Shown here: piece after piece, positions 1 to 10,024 of the stretch
How positions within the stretch are numbered: the first letter of the stretch is position 1
Layout: each line of letters begins with the position of its first letter
DNA from: Emiliania huxleyi CCMP1516
Taxonomy: Eukaryota
Direction of reading: 5' to 3'
Length of the DNA: 64,000 nucleotides
NCBI RefSeq assembly: GCF_000372725.1
Contig: NW_005201092.1
Span: 170,395 to 234,394, forward strand
The notes under the pieces: generated by a model
Databases searched by the model: none
What the model was told of the DNA's origin: nothing
The model's input: only the letters and a program-made list of their open reading frames with translations
Position numbers and translations under genes: made by a program

Positions 1-32
1 AAAGGGGTGGGGGCCCTCCCTTCTGCCAAGAA

Positions 33-125
33 CCCGCGGGGCCCCTTCCCAAAAGGGTATTAAATTTTTAAAATACAAGGCTCTCTCACAGCGTAAGAAT
101 CTCGGGCACAGACAACTCACTCCTG
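33..125. repeat. Degenerate direct copy of the RCC1 gene stop codon / 3' UTR region (3325-3416)
   Basis: AAAATACAAGxCTCTCTCACAGCGTAAGAATCTCGGGCACAGACAACTCACTCCTG occurs at about 70-125 and 3361-3416. Confidence 0.8.
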
Positions 126-3100
126 TTCGCTCGGGCAGGAAGCGTCGACTTCTCCACGGGGCTCGGCGCACGCGCCCTCGGCATGCACGGCGCCGACGAC
201 AGAACCATCCAATACGCCGACTCCGACGCCGAGTGGCGACACGGAGGCCCGATATCACCACGAGCTTTGCGGCGGGACGCCTCTCAACAAGTATTGCAGC
301 TAGACAGCGAGGTCGCCGCCTCGGGCGACGCGACCGCACCTAAGACGTCGTACGACACAACGATGCCACCCGACGGAAGGGATGCACTGGCGGACTTTGC
401 GTCTGCTTGCGAGGGCAAGGGCAGAGCGTGGCGCGCCGAAGGCGACGCCGCCGTGCGACTCGAGTGGCGGGAAGCCAAGACCATGAACGCAGACGTGACG
501 GCGACCATGGCGCGGATGAGTCTCACGCTCCACGACACGATCGGCTTTGCGCGAGGCGCAGGGAGCTGGGGTCGAGCCGTGGAACACGGCAGAGCACGAC
601 AAGGCAGTCCACGGCCCAACGCCCGAAGGCGGGACGACGAACCCGATGGAGAGCGAGCCGCCAGTGAGTGAGACGTACGACGACGAGGGAGACGACGAGA
701 AAGACGAGAACGCCTCGGCGGACGACGAAATGGCCTTTATCGACGATGAGTTCTTCGAGCTCCCCGACGCAGCAACGGAGGAAGGGGCGGAGGGCGGGGG
801 GAGCCAGAGTCAGTACAGCCAACAGAGTCAGTACAGCCAGCAGAGTCAGGGGGGCGAGAGCGAAGGGAGCCAGAACAGCCAGGGCAGCCAGAGTACTACG
901 AGAAGTCCAAGACGAGGACGCCACAACCGCCGCGCGGCCCAACAGTTCATGGACCGACTGAGGCTCGAGCTGCTTCTCGGGCACAGCGGGGGTGAAACCA
1001 GGGAACACCCCACCAGCCAAGACAACGACGACAGCGACGATGGCGCAAGGAGCGACGACGAGGAGACACCCGACCGCGCAGCAAAGCCAGGACCGAGCGA
1101 GCAGCCACCCGAAACGGGCCATCCGAACGATGGCAGCCAGACAGACGACGAATTCACAGTGATGGACGTAGAAGAGGAACAGCCAGAGGACGAGGCGCCC
1201 CAGCCGCCGAGGAAGCGAGGGCGCTTTGAGAATGAACGTAGCGATTCGATGAGTCAGGGAGGGCCATTTCACTGTGGCACAGCTCGCGTTACAAAACCTT
1301 GATTTTGACCATGCGCGAAAAAGGTACATCTCGGTGCCTTCCAGAGGCAGCTGCGACCCCGCCGANNNNNNNNNNNNNNNNNNNNNNNNNNNNNNNNNNN
1401 NNNNNNNNNNNNNNNNNNNNNNNNNNNNNNNNNNNNNNNNNNNNNNNNNNNNNNNNNNNNNNNNNGCACGCGGCTCCTCGAGCGCTTCAAGCGAGACTGT
1501 GCTGGAGGAGCTCGAGAGCGAGGAGGAGTGGGAGAAGGAGGCGGCGGCGCAGGCGGCGGCGTCCGCCTCCAGCTCTTCCCTAGGCCGCTTTGAGCCCGCC
1601 GAGGCGGGCACAAGCTGCGAGGTCTTTTGCATGGGCAGATTTGGGAATGAAATGAAGAAAACACGGAAATAAAAGGGGAAAATTATGCTCCCATCCCTCT
1701 CCCCGCCCTAAGAGATACGAAGAAGCAGACTCCCCAGGGTGGGCGACGGCTAGCGCATCACACTCCTCTCCTTAAAATCCCTGTGTGGTGGCGGCGTGCC
1801 GTTCTCCCTTGGGTTGTCCGTTTTCTTTCTTTTTTCTGAATTCTTCTCTTGGGTTTTTTCTTTCTTTCTTTCTTATCTCTGAATTCATTTCCCCCTCCTT
1901 TTCATTCTTTTCTAAGCCCCACGTGTCTGTGAGGACCTCTTGAGGTCGTCGGGTGTGCCACATCGGCCGAGATGGGCAGGGAAGGGGGGGGGGGGGGGGG
2001 AGCGAGGCGGGGCGCGGGGGGTCAGTCGCAACAGTCTTTTTGCTCTCATGAGAGCATCCCTCTAGAGCCGTAGGTGTGTAGCGCCCCTCCTCCTCCAGCG
2101 CCGCCGAAAGAGAGAGAGAATTCTTGATACGAAACCACGACGACACACACCAGTCGACTCGCATCGGTTGCCTCCATGAACGGGGGAACTATTCTCGCGC
2201 CCACACCACACCTGGGTCCAACGTGGACACGCCCATAGCTGGGGACACTACTAGGTCACGCATGGCATCACAGAAGTTTTATCTCTGGGCCCCGAAAGGC
2301 ATCTCTAGCAGTGTCGTTACACATGCCCCCTCCCCTCCTGGGCGCATGCGCCTCACGTCTCGCCAGAACATAAGCCCTTGGCGTGTGGCGAGACGAGTTT
2401 TTCGCCATCGCAGCGAGCAGCAAGCCGCCCGCCGCAANNNNNNNNNNNNNNNNNNNNNNNNNNNNNNNNNNNNNNNNNNNNNNNNNNNNNNNNNNNNNNN
2501 NNNNNNNNNNNNNNNNNNNNNNNNNNNNNNNNNNNNNCGCGCCCTCAGAGCTAGGTAGAGCTGAGCGTCCAGACGCCTCGGTGCCTCCCACCGGCGTGAA
2601 GACCATCCGGATCTACCCAGCCCGCCCTCCGGACAAGCTGGTCCCCGCGATGGCCCACGGTCCTCCGTCGCCTGGTTGAACCCCCTGCCTCCCAGTTGAC
2701 CCCCAGTCCTCGTAGTCGACCATTAAATAAACTCAAAGGTCCACCACAGCCTCCAGCCTCCGCCTCCACCGTCGAGCCGCGATCGCTGCCGCCCGCGACG
2801 CCGCCCGCCGCGTCAGATAGCCGCGACGCGCGCATCGAGTCGCGTCGGAGAGCCGCGCCGCACCAGCAGCAGCATCTGCACCACCAGCAGCAGCAGCAGC
2901 ACCACCACCACCACCCGAGAGAGAAGCGCACCTGCCCGACGCCGCCCGCCGCGTCAGACGCTCGCGACGCGCGCGTCGAGCCCAGTCGCACAGCCGCGCC
3001 GCGCCAGCAGCAGCATCGGCACCAGCAGCAGCAGCACCACCACCACCAGCAGCAACAGAGACAGGCAGTGCAGGCGCAGAGGCGCTCGCAGAGCGGCGCT

Positions 3101-3272
3101 CAGCGCCGCGCACGCCACGCTGCGGACCGTCGGACGAGCGCACCGTACGTCGGCGGCGAGCCGCGTCGCCAGCCGTCTCGCGAGAGAGCGGCGCCGCCGC
3201 GTGCGCGCAGCAGCCGCCGCGGCAGAGGCGAGCCGCGGCGACGTCCGCACTAACGGATAACGGCCATTGGCG

Positions 3273-3321
<49 letters not shown>

Positions 3322-3407
3322 GCCGCCGCGGCGCGCCCCACCCAAAGCGTAATAATTCTTAAAATACAAGCCTCTCTCACAGCGTAAGAATCTCGGGCAC
3401 AGACAAC

Positions 3408-4832
3408 TCACTCCTGCCCCGGCGCCCACGCCTCGACCTTCTTGGGCAGCAGCTGGTTCGGCAGGTCCTCTCCGTGGCCCAGGCAGCCGTGTTCGCCCTT
3501 GCCCCACGTGAAGACAGCTCCGTCGGCGGTGATGGCGATGCTGTGGTTGCTTCCCGCCGACACAGCGACGACGCGCTCGCCAGCAAAAGCCTCGACCTTC
3601 TTGGGCAGCAGCTGCTGCTGCTCGTCGCCGTGGCCCAGCTTGCCGCAAGCTCCATCGCCCCAGCTCCAGACACTACCGTTGGCGGTAAGGGCGAGGTTGT
3701 GGTTGCCTCCGGCCGACACAGCGACGACGCGCGGGCCAGCAAAGGCCTCGATCTTCGTGGGCAGCGGTTGGCGCTGCCGGTCGCCGTGGCCCAGCTGCCC
3801 CCCACCTCCATCGCCCCAGCTCCAGAGAGCGCCATCGGCGGAGAGGGCGAGGCTGTGGAAGTATCCAGGCGCGACAGCGACGATGCGCAGGCCAGCCAAG
3901 GCCTCGATCTTCCTGGGCAGCAGCTGGTTATGCTCATCGCCGTGGCCAAGCCGGCCATCGCGTCCACAACCCCAGCTCCAGAGGGCGCCGTCGGCGGTGA
4001 AAGCGAGGCTGTGAGCGAATACCGCCGACACAGCGATGACGCGCTGGCCAGCAAATGTCTCGATCTTCTTGGGCAGCAGCTGGTCCTGCTCGTCGCCGTG
4101 GCCCAGCAGGCCAGAGCCTCCATCGCCCCAGCTCCAGACAGCGGCGTCGGCGGTGATGGCGAGGCTGTGGCTCTCTCCAGCCGACACAGCGACGACGCAC
4201 TGGCCAGCCAAGGCCTCGACCTGCTTCGGCTGCCACTGCCGCTGCATGTCGCCGTGGCCCAGCTCGCCAAAGGCTCCACTGCCCCAGCTCCAGACAGCTC
4301 CGTCGGCGGTGAGGGCGAGGCTATGCGCAGCTCCCGCCGTCACGCTCACGACACGCTCACCCGGCATCGACGGGAGGCGGGTCGGCGTATTGAGCCGCGT
4401 CACGCCCTCCCCGTGACCAAGTAGCGATGGGTTGAAGGTCTGCGCCGAGCCGCACGACGAGAGCCGCCCCTCGCCGTCGATGAAGAGGCTGTGCCGGTCG
4501 CCTGCCGCCGCCCTTGCTGGCGGGTTGGACTCGCGCAGCAAGGCATAGCCGCACAGCCACCGCACGGCGCAGCTCTCGCCCTCTGGCAGCGCCGGCAGCT
4601 CGTAGCCGCACTCTTGCGCCCGCAAGCGGATGCCCTCCAGTGCGAGCGAGGCGTGGAAGAGCAGCGAGACGGCCGCGACGCGAGCGATGTCGACGGGGTC
4701 GCAGCGAGAGACGACGCGCACGAGGAGATCCGTGGGGAGGTCGAGGAGGCGGGTCGGCGGCGGCCTTGGCGAGGGAGTGGCGGTGGAGGAGGCGGCGAGG
4801 CGGTGCGAGCGGCGGCGCGGCGGGGTGGACAT
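3408..4832 (-). CDS. F-box + RCC1-repeat (beta-propeller) protein, intronless, 474 aa
   Basis: N-terminal F-box-like LLDLPTDLLVRVVSRC followed by about seven RCC1 repeats (VAVSAGxxHSLAxTADGAVWSWGDGxxGxLGHGDxxxQLLPKKxE); single open ORF from ATG to TGA. Confidence 0.92.
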   Translation of the reverse strand: MSTPPRRRSHRLAASSTATPSPRPPPTRLLDLPTDLLVRVVSRCDPVDIARVAAVSLLFHASLALEGIRLRAQECGYELPALPEGESCAVRWLCGYALLRESNPPARAAAGDRHSLFIDGEGRLSSCGSAQTFNPSLLGHGEGVTRLNTPTRLPSMPGERVVSVTAGAAHSLALTADGAVWSWGSGAFGELGHGDMQRQWQPKQVEALAGQCVVAVSAGESHSLAITADAAVWSWGDGGSGLLGHGDEQDQLLPKKIETFAGQRVIAVSAVFAHSLAFTADGALWSWGCGRDGRLGHGDEHNQLLPRKIEALAGLRIVAVAPGYFHSLALSADGALWSWGDGGGGQLGHGDRQRQPLPTKIEAFAGPRVVAVSAGGNHNLALTANGSVWSWGDGACGKLGHGDEQQQLLPKKVEAFAGERVVAVSAGSNHSIAITADGAVFTWGKGEHGCLGHGEDLPNQLLPKKVEAWAPGQE

Positions 4833-4839
4833 CGCGGCG

Positions 4840-5840
4840 CTGGCGAGTACAGACCACGCCTCACTTTTTCACAGGGGGGGATCCGTCTGGAAAAAGGAGG
4901 CGTGTGACAAGTGGAGGGTTGGATCGCCGTCTTTCGGCGAGGATGGGTGTTGGAGCCCTCTTTGCTCAACATGCGGCCTGCTCTGCCGCCTCAACGAGAC
5001 CGCCGCGCGCGCGCGCGCTCGGCATGCCTGCTGCTCGCCTGCCGACCTGGCCAGGCCGCGCGTGGCTGGCGCCAGCTCGTCATCGCAGCGGAGCACCGGA
5101 GGCGCGGTTTGCCCGCTGCTGGCTCTCGCCCCGCCGGCGGTTCCACGTGAGTCTATCACACTCTGGAGCCGAAACCAGCCGGAAATGTGCCTCCTCACAG
5201 CTCCTCATGGATCTGCGAAGAGAACCGTCTCCTCCAAGTAGCTCCACAGCCGGTCCGGCTCGCCCCTCGGGGGCTTCATTCAAGCGTGCTGTGTGAGTGT
5301 TGAGGTGATACGAGCGCGCGTGGGCGCGGCGCGAGTGCCGTTTTGGGTCTCTTTTATACCAGTGATGAAATATAAACCGACTTTACCACGCGCGCGCACG
5401 CGCGCCGCGCTCCTCGACTCTCTCGCACCCGGCCCGAGCCACGCCCCTCACGAGATAGGCGGCTGCGACCCTGAGAGTGCGCAGCGGTGCCGCTGGCGTG
5501 CTCACCACACCCACCCATCATGCCTGCATCATTCCTGCACGCACTGCCCGGTCTGGCCGGGGCGTGGGGCGAGATCTGGCATGGCGGCGCGCTTGAATTA
5601 GCGCCTTTGATCGTCTCGCGGCGACTGCTCGCAGGCCGGGCGGCCAGAAACTGTGCCGCTCAGCCATCCGCCGAAGCGAGCGCGCCGGCGGCGGTCCGCC
5701 GCCGGCGCGCTCGGCTCAGTGTCTTCAAGCCCGCCCCCGGTGGGGAGCTCCGCATGCCGCACGCCTGCTTTTCGCTGCGCATGCTCGAGCCCCGGCGAGG
5801 GCTTGTGCTGTGAATAGCAGGCGTGGTCTGTACTCGCCAG
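4840..5840. mobile_element. Non-autonomous DNA transposon (MITE / Mutator-like), 1001 bp
   Basis: Perfect 22-bp terminal inverted repeats CTGGCGAGTACAGACCACGCCT (4840-4861 and 5819-5840), imperfectly longer, flanked by a 9-bp direct repeat ATCGCGGCG (4831-4839 and 5841-5849). No transposase ORF recognised inside. Confidence 0.85.
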
Positions 5841-7129
5841 ATCGCGGCGGGAAGGTAGGGATGAGAAAAAGAAAACCCGAGTCCAGTATGGATTTCTCTT
5901 TTCGCCCGCGAATCCAGGCTGGATTTCTTCTTCGCGCGGGGTGAAAAAAATCCGGGGCGAGGTGCAATTGAGAGTGGGCGCGAGAACAATCCCACTGGGA
6001 TTGCGTTGATTGCGTGTGATTGCGGTGATTGCACTCAGCTCGGGAGCATGGATTGAATGCAGTCAAATTGCACGCGTCCCCATACTCCGAACTCAATTTC
6101 TTCTTTTGGTCGCGGCGAGGGATGTCTCAACTTGGAGCGCTTGGAGTGCAGTTATTAACCTCACATCCAGGGCCAATCAAATCATCTCTCTCTCCCGGGA
6201 GAAAAAATGCCTTGAGGACCCCTGCAAGAAGCACCTCCGCCCCCCCAAAAAGGTTTGTTCTCTCAAAAAATGTTGTTCGCTCAATCAACTATACACTAAG
6301 ACCCGAGACCTTCTTTCTCGTTCCCGCGGTCTTTGACACACCGAAAAAAGCCCCGCCGTTTGTGGAACGACGCTGCTTGCTCTGCGGTCGGAGGAGTACG
6401 CGCCAGGCGTAGCTACGTCCTGGCTGTCCTGTGTGGAGACGCGCCAGGGGCTCAGAGGTCCTCACAGCCTGCGAGAGGTCCTCACTGCCCCCCCCGAAGG
6501 TCCTCACGACGCAGAGGTCCTCACCAGAGATCTATCTTGTCGCCACATCAAGAGACAAGACAATCCCTTGCTATCCACTATTCGGTCTCCTGGGAGCCTG
6601 TGGGGCCATTCTCGTTGCAACACAGGGACGGTTTCACTCGAGGCTTTCAATACTGGGGGTGCCGTGTGAGGACCTCTCTCTATCTCCTGCCGTGTGAGGA
6701 CCTCTGCTCTGTGAGGACCTCTCGTCTCACTGGGACTGGAGCCCCGTTCCCGACACTCTCTTGCTCTTAGATTCTTTCCTCGCTGGACCGCGGTCGCCAT
6801 CCTCTCCCTGCGAGCTTTTGCTTGCCGCCCTCTCCCTCCCGGCAGACCGTCATCTCGCGTTCCCTCTCTAAGAATGGTGTGCATAATGTACACTTGTTTT
6901 GAGAGTACATTCAGTTATAGCACTAATGTGCAGCTTGCCGATGAGTGTTTGTTTTTGCAGCTTGTCTATCATGGAAAGAGAATCTTGATAGAATCTCTCT
7001 CTCTCCTATCATCACTGTCTACTGCTAGCCCTATCTCGCACTCATGGGAGATCAATTCTGAGGCTAAAGAAACATCCAAGCTACCCAACGCGGCCAAAGG
7101 ATATTCCACCTAGATAGATAGATAGGTAG

Positions 7130-7226
7130 GAAGGCGAAACACAGTCCGACCAACGACTGGGACACCAACGCGGTATGGGTGGACGCAGGACGGGCGATGA
7201 CGGTCACACAGGAGCGACACACAGAT
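7130..7226. repeat. Dispersed repeat, copy also at 37742-37837
   Basis: GGAAGGCGAAACACAGTCCGACCAACGACTGGGACACCAACGCGGTATGGGTGGACGC...GACACACAGA is near-identical at both sites. Confidence 0.9.
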
Positions 7227-7485
7227 CCACCTTCACCTCGAGAACATCCAAAAACCGTCAGCAGTTCACCTACGGGTATGTTCGTAAGAGCTACATACAC
7301 TGAAAAAGAATTTAACAACAAAACTCCCTCGCCAAAAAGAAAAACCCGGGCTGAAGCCTGCTCGATATTGGCGCCGCGCTCCTCCGTGCATTCCCGGCTT
7401 TACTGCATTGCGGCTAGAGGCGCGCCGACGACCGAAAGCGCGCTCGTCGCTCGGAGAGCTTGCTCGCCAAACACTGATCCTCGCC

Positions 7486-8972
7486 ATGCCGTCTCTCATC
7501 TGGCCGGGCACGCGCTCGAGCCTTGCTCGGCCTCCCACGTCGGACCGGCACTCGCTAGCCGACGGTAAGGCGCCCTGCGACCGTGCATCTATCAGCAGCG
7601 ACAAGTCATTCAGCCAGCGGTGGGTGGCGGGCGCGGCGGTGATACCGCTCAAGCCAACGATCAAGGCGTCGGTCGAGACCGCCAAGCCGGTCGCCTCTGT
7701 CGCGATGAATCTGCTGCCAAAGTTCAGCCGTCCCGCTGTCGAAGCGGCGTCGGGCCACCTGCTCACCATGTCCACCTTCATGCTGGCCTTCGCGGTGGCG
7801 CAGGCGCCGCGCTGCCCGAGCCACCAGCCAGCCGCCACTCAGATTTGCGACCACACTCCTCACCTCAGGACAACCCTTCCACCGGCACAAACCTCGGCCT
7901 CGGCCTCTCGCTCGCCTCGCCCGCCGCCGCCACCCTCGCCCCGGCTCCCGCACAGATCGTCAACATCGAGTACAGCGAGATCCTCGAGGCGGACGTGCGC
8001 GGCTTCGCCGCCGGGGCGCCGCGCGCCCTCTCGGAGGGCTACCTCATCCGCATGCTCCAGTCGTGCCTGACCTTCACGCTCGCCGTCGGCATCACGATGG
8101 TCACCTCGATCACCCTCGTCTTCGTCCCGCCTGAGGGCGACGCGTTCGACCTGTGGTCGCTCGCCTTTTGCTGGCTGCTGGTCGCCGCCGCCCTCTGCGA
8201 TGTGCTCGGCCTCCTCTTCTTCTTCCTCGGCCTCAACGCGGCAATCTTCATCTGCTTCCCTCTGTACTCGGACGTGCGGAGGGACGCGATCTACAACGCC
8301 ACCACCGGCGCCGTCCTCGGCGGCACCGGCCAGCTGACCGCGCTGGACAGCGGCGGCTTCGGTCTCGAATTCTTCACGATGCCGGGAGGCGACGAGAATG
8401 CCACGAGCGACGACGCCGCGCTGCCGCGCCTCTCATCCGCCTACCTGAAGGGGCTCATCTTTGGAGGCTTTGTGATCCTCTGCTACACGCTGCTCGTGAT
8501 GGGCCTCATCCAGATGCACGCCGTCCGCCGCGCGGGGCGCGAGCAGCGCGTCGTGGCCGAGCGGGCGCGTGCAGCGGCCGAGGAAGAGAAGGCGACTCTC
8601 CTGCGGCGAAGGGCGGACGCCGCGCGGGCGGCAGCCACGCTGCCGCGCCTCGCAGAGACTCCGCGCAAGGACGCGGCCGGCGGCGGACGCGCCGGCGGCG
8701 GACGCGCCGGCGGCGGAGGCGTCGGCGGCGGAGGCGTCGGCGGAGGAGGCTCGCCGCCGCCGACGCGTTGCGGCGAGCCGTTGAGCTGCGGCGATGAGGA
8801 GGAGCGCGCGATGGCGGCGCTCCTCCGCGCCGCCAGCCTGCCCGTTCGGTGCCTGCTGTCGCCGCTCCTCGAGGCGGGGCTTCGCGCGCCGCTGCTCGCG
8901 AGCCTTTCTGACGACGTGGCGCGGATGTACCTTCTCAAGGAGCGATACAGACGAGACATGGCCGAGTCATAG
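7486..8972 (+). CDS. Multi-pass membrane protein of unknown function (spliced)
   Basis: GC3-rich coding with hydrophobic segments (TMSTFMLAFAVAQ; CLTFTLAVGITMVTSITLVF; LWSLAFCWLLVAAALCDVLGLLFFFLGLNAAIFICF; LIFGGFVILCYTLLVMGLI); probable GC-AG intron at about 7804-7955; stop TAG 8970-8972. The start is uncertain. Confidence 0.6.
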
Positions 8973-10024
8973 CCGAGTCATAGCCGAGTCATAGCCGAGT
9001 CATAGCCGAGACATAACCGAAACACTACACAGCGCAATGACACAATCCTCTCGAGCGCGCCTCGTTCTCCAATCTCGGGTGATCTGTGCCGATCTCGCCT
9101 AGGAGCTCGCCATCGACGGCCTCGGCCCCGTGGAGCGAGCCAAACTCGCGCTCGCCTCGCGAAGCCCTCCCCCCGCTCCGCCGTCACCTCCCGGCGCGCC
9201 TCCCACAAAGCGCGTCCCAGCACCTGCCGGCTTGCCTCACGCCCCTCCGGCCGCTTGCCACGGCGCTCCTCCTGGCGTAGCCGCCGTCGCCACGCCGTCT
9301 GACCCGACGGCGCCTTCGGAAGCGGAGCCCGGGGCGGAGAGCCGCACAGGCCCGCTGCATGTCTAGCTAGTAGGATTAGGTGGGGGAGGGGCAGGCGAGG
9401 GGGGGGGGGGGGGGCGATACGGTTCGCGTCTTGCAACTGCTTGGAGCGGTGTGAGAGTATTGAGGTGTTGAGTGCATCCTGTACTGAGGGCAGTCTCGTG
9501 GCACGTCGTGGTGGTCGTGGGTCGAGCTAGCTCACGCCCTCCAGCCGTGAGCCGAGAGGTGTCCACTGTCAAATATGTGTTACGAGAACTAGAGATGGCA
9601 GTTTTGTCGTCGTGTGCAATTGCCCTAAAATTCGCACCGTCCGAGACGCCGGCGCGCTCAATACAACACAACAAAACACGCTCTCTCCACACACTCTCTC
9701 AATAATGTGCAGGCAGCTCTGTAGAGGGTGGCAGAGTAGGAGATCTCTGGGTCCCGAGCCTCCCTGTGGATGCTTTATTTTCACCACAAGTACAAACAAA
9801 CAAAGAAGAAGTAGGTGACCACCAGACCACCGCCCCGATACCCGCGAATGGAACGTATTGCAATAGATGTTCTCACGGAGCTCATGTGTCATGAATCGAG
9901 CGACGCCTCATGGAGAACGCGGCGACCCAATCGAACTAGTGCCAGCCGGCCGACGGCTCGCCAGCGACAGCCGGAGCTCAGCCTCGTACTCGTCAGCGCT
10001 CTCCTGTTTGACATGCATTACGGC

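Noticed and set aside
547..1672. Acidic, S/Q-rich ORFs near the window start
   Set aside because: Low complexity, broken by an N-gap and no recognisable domain; possibly coding but not supportable.
2696..3253. Gln/His-rich ORF with an internal duplication
   Set aside because: Explained by CAG/CAC microsatellites and a local duplication; no ATG start or domain.
3377..4424. Long overlapping alternative-frame and antisense ORFs over the RCC1 gene (and over other genes)
   Set aside because: Shadow ORFs expected from high GC content and repeat periodicity.
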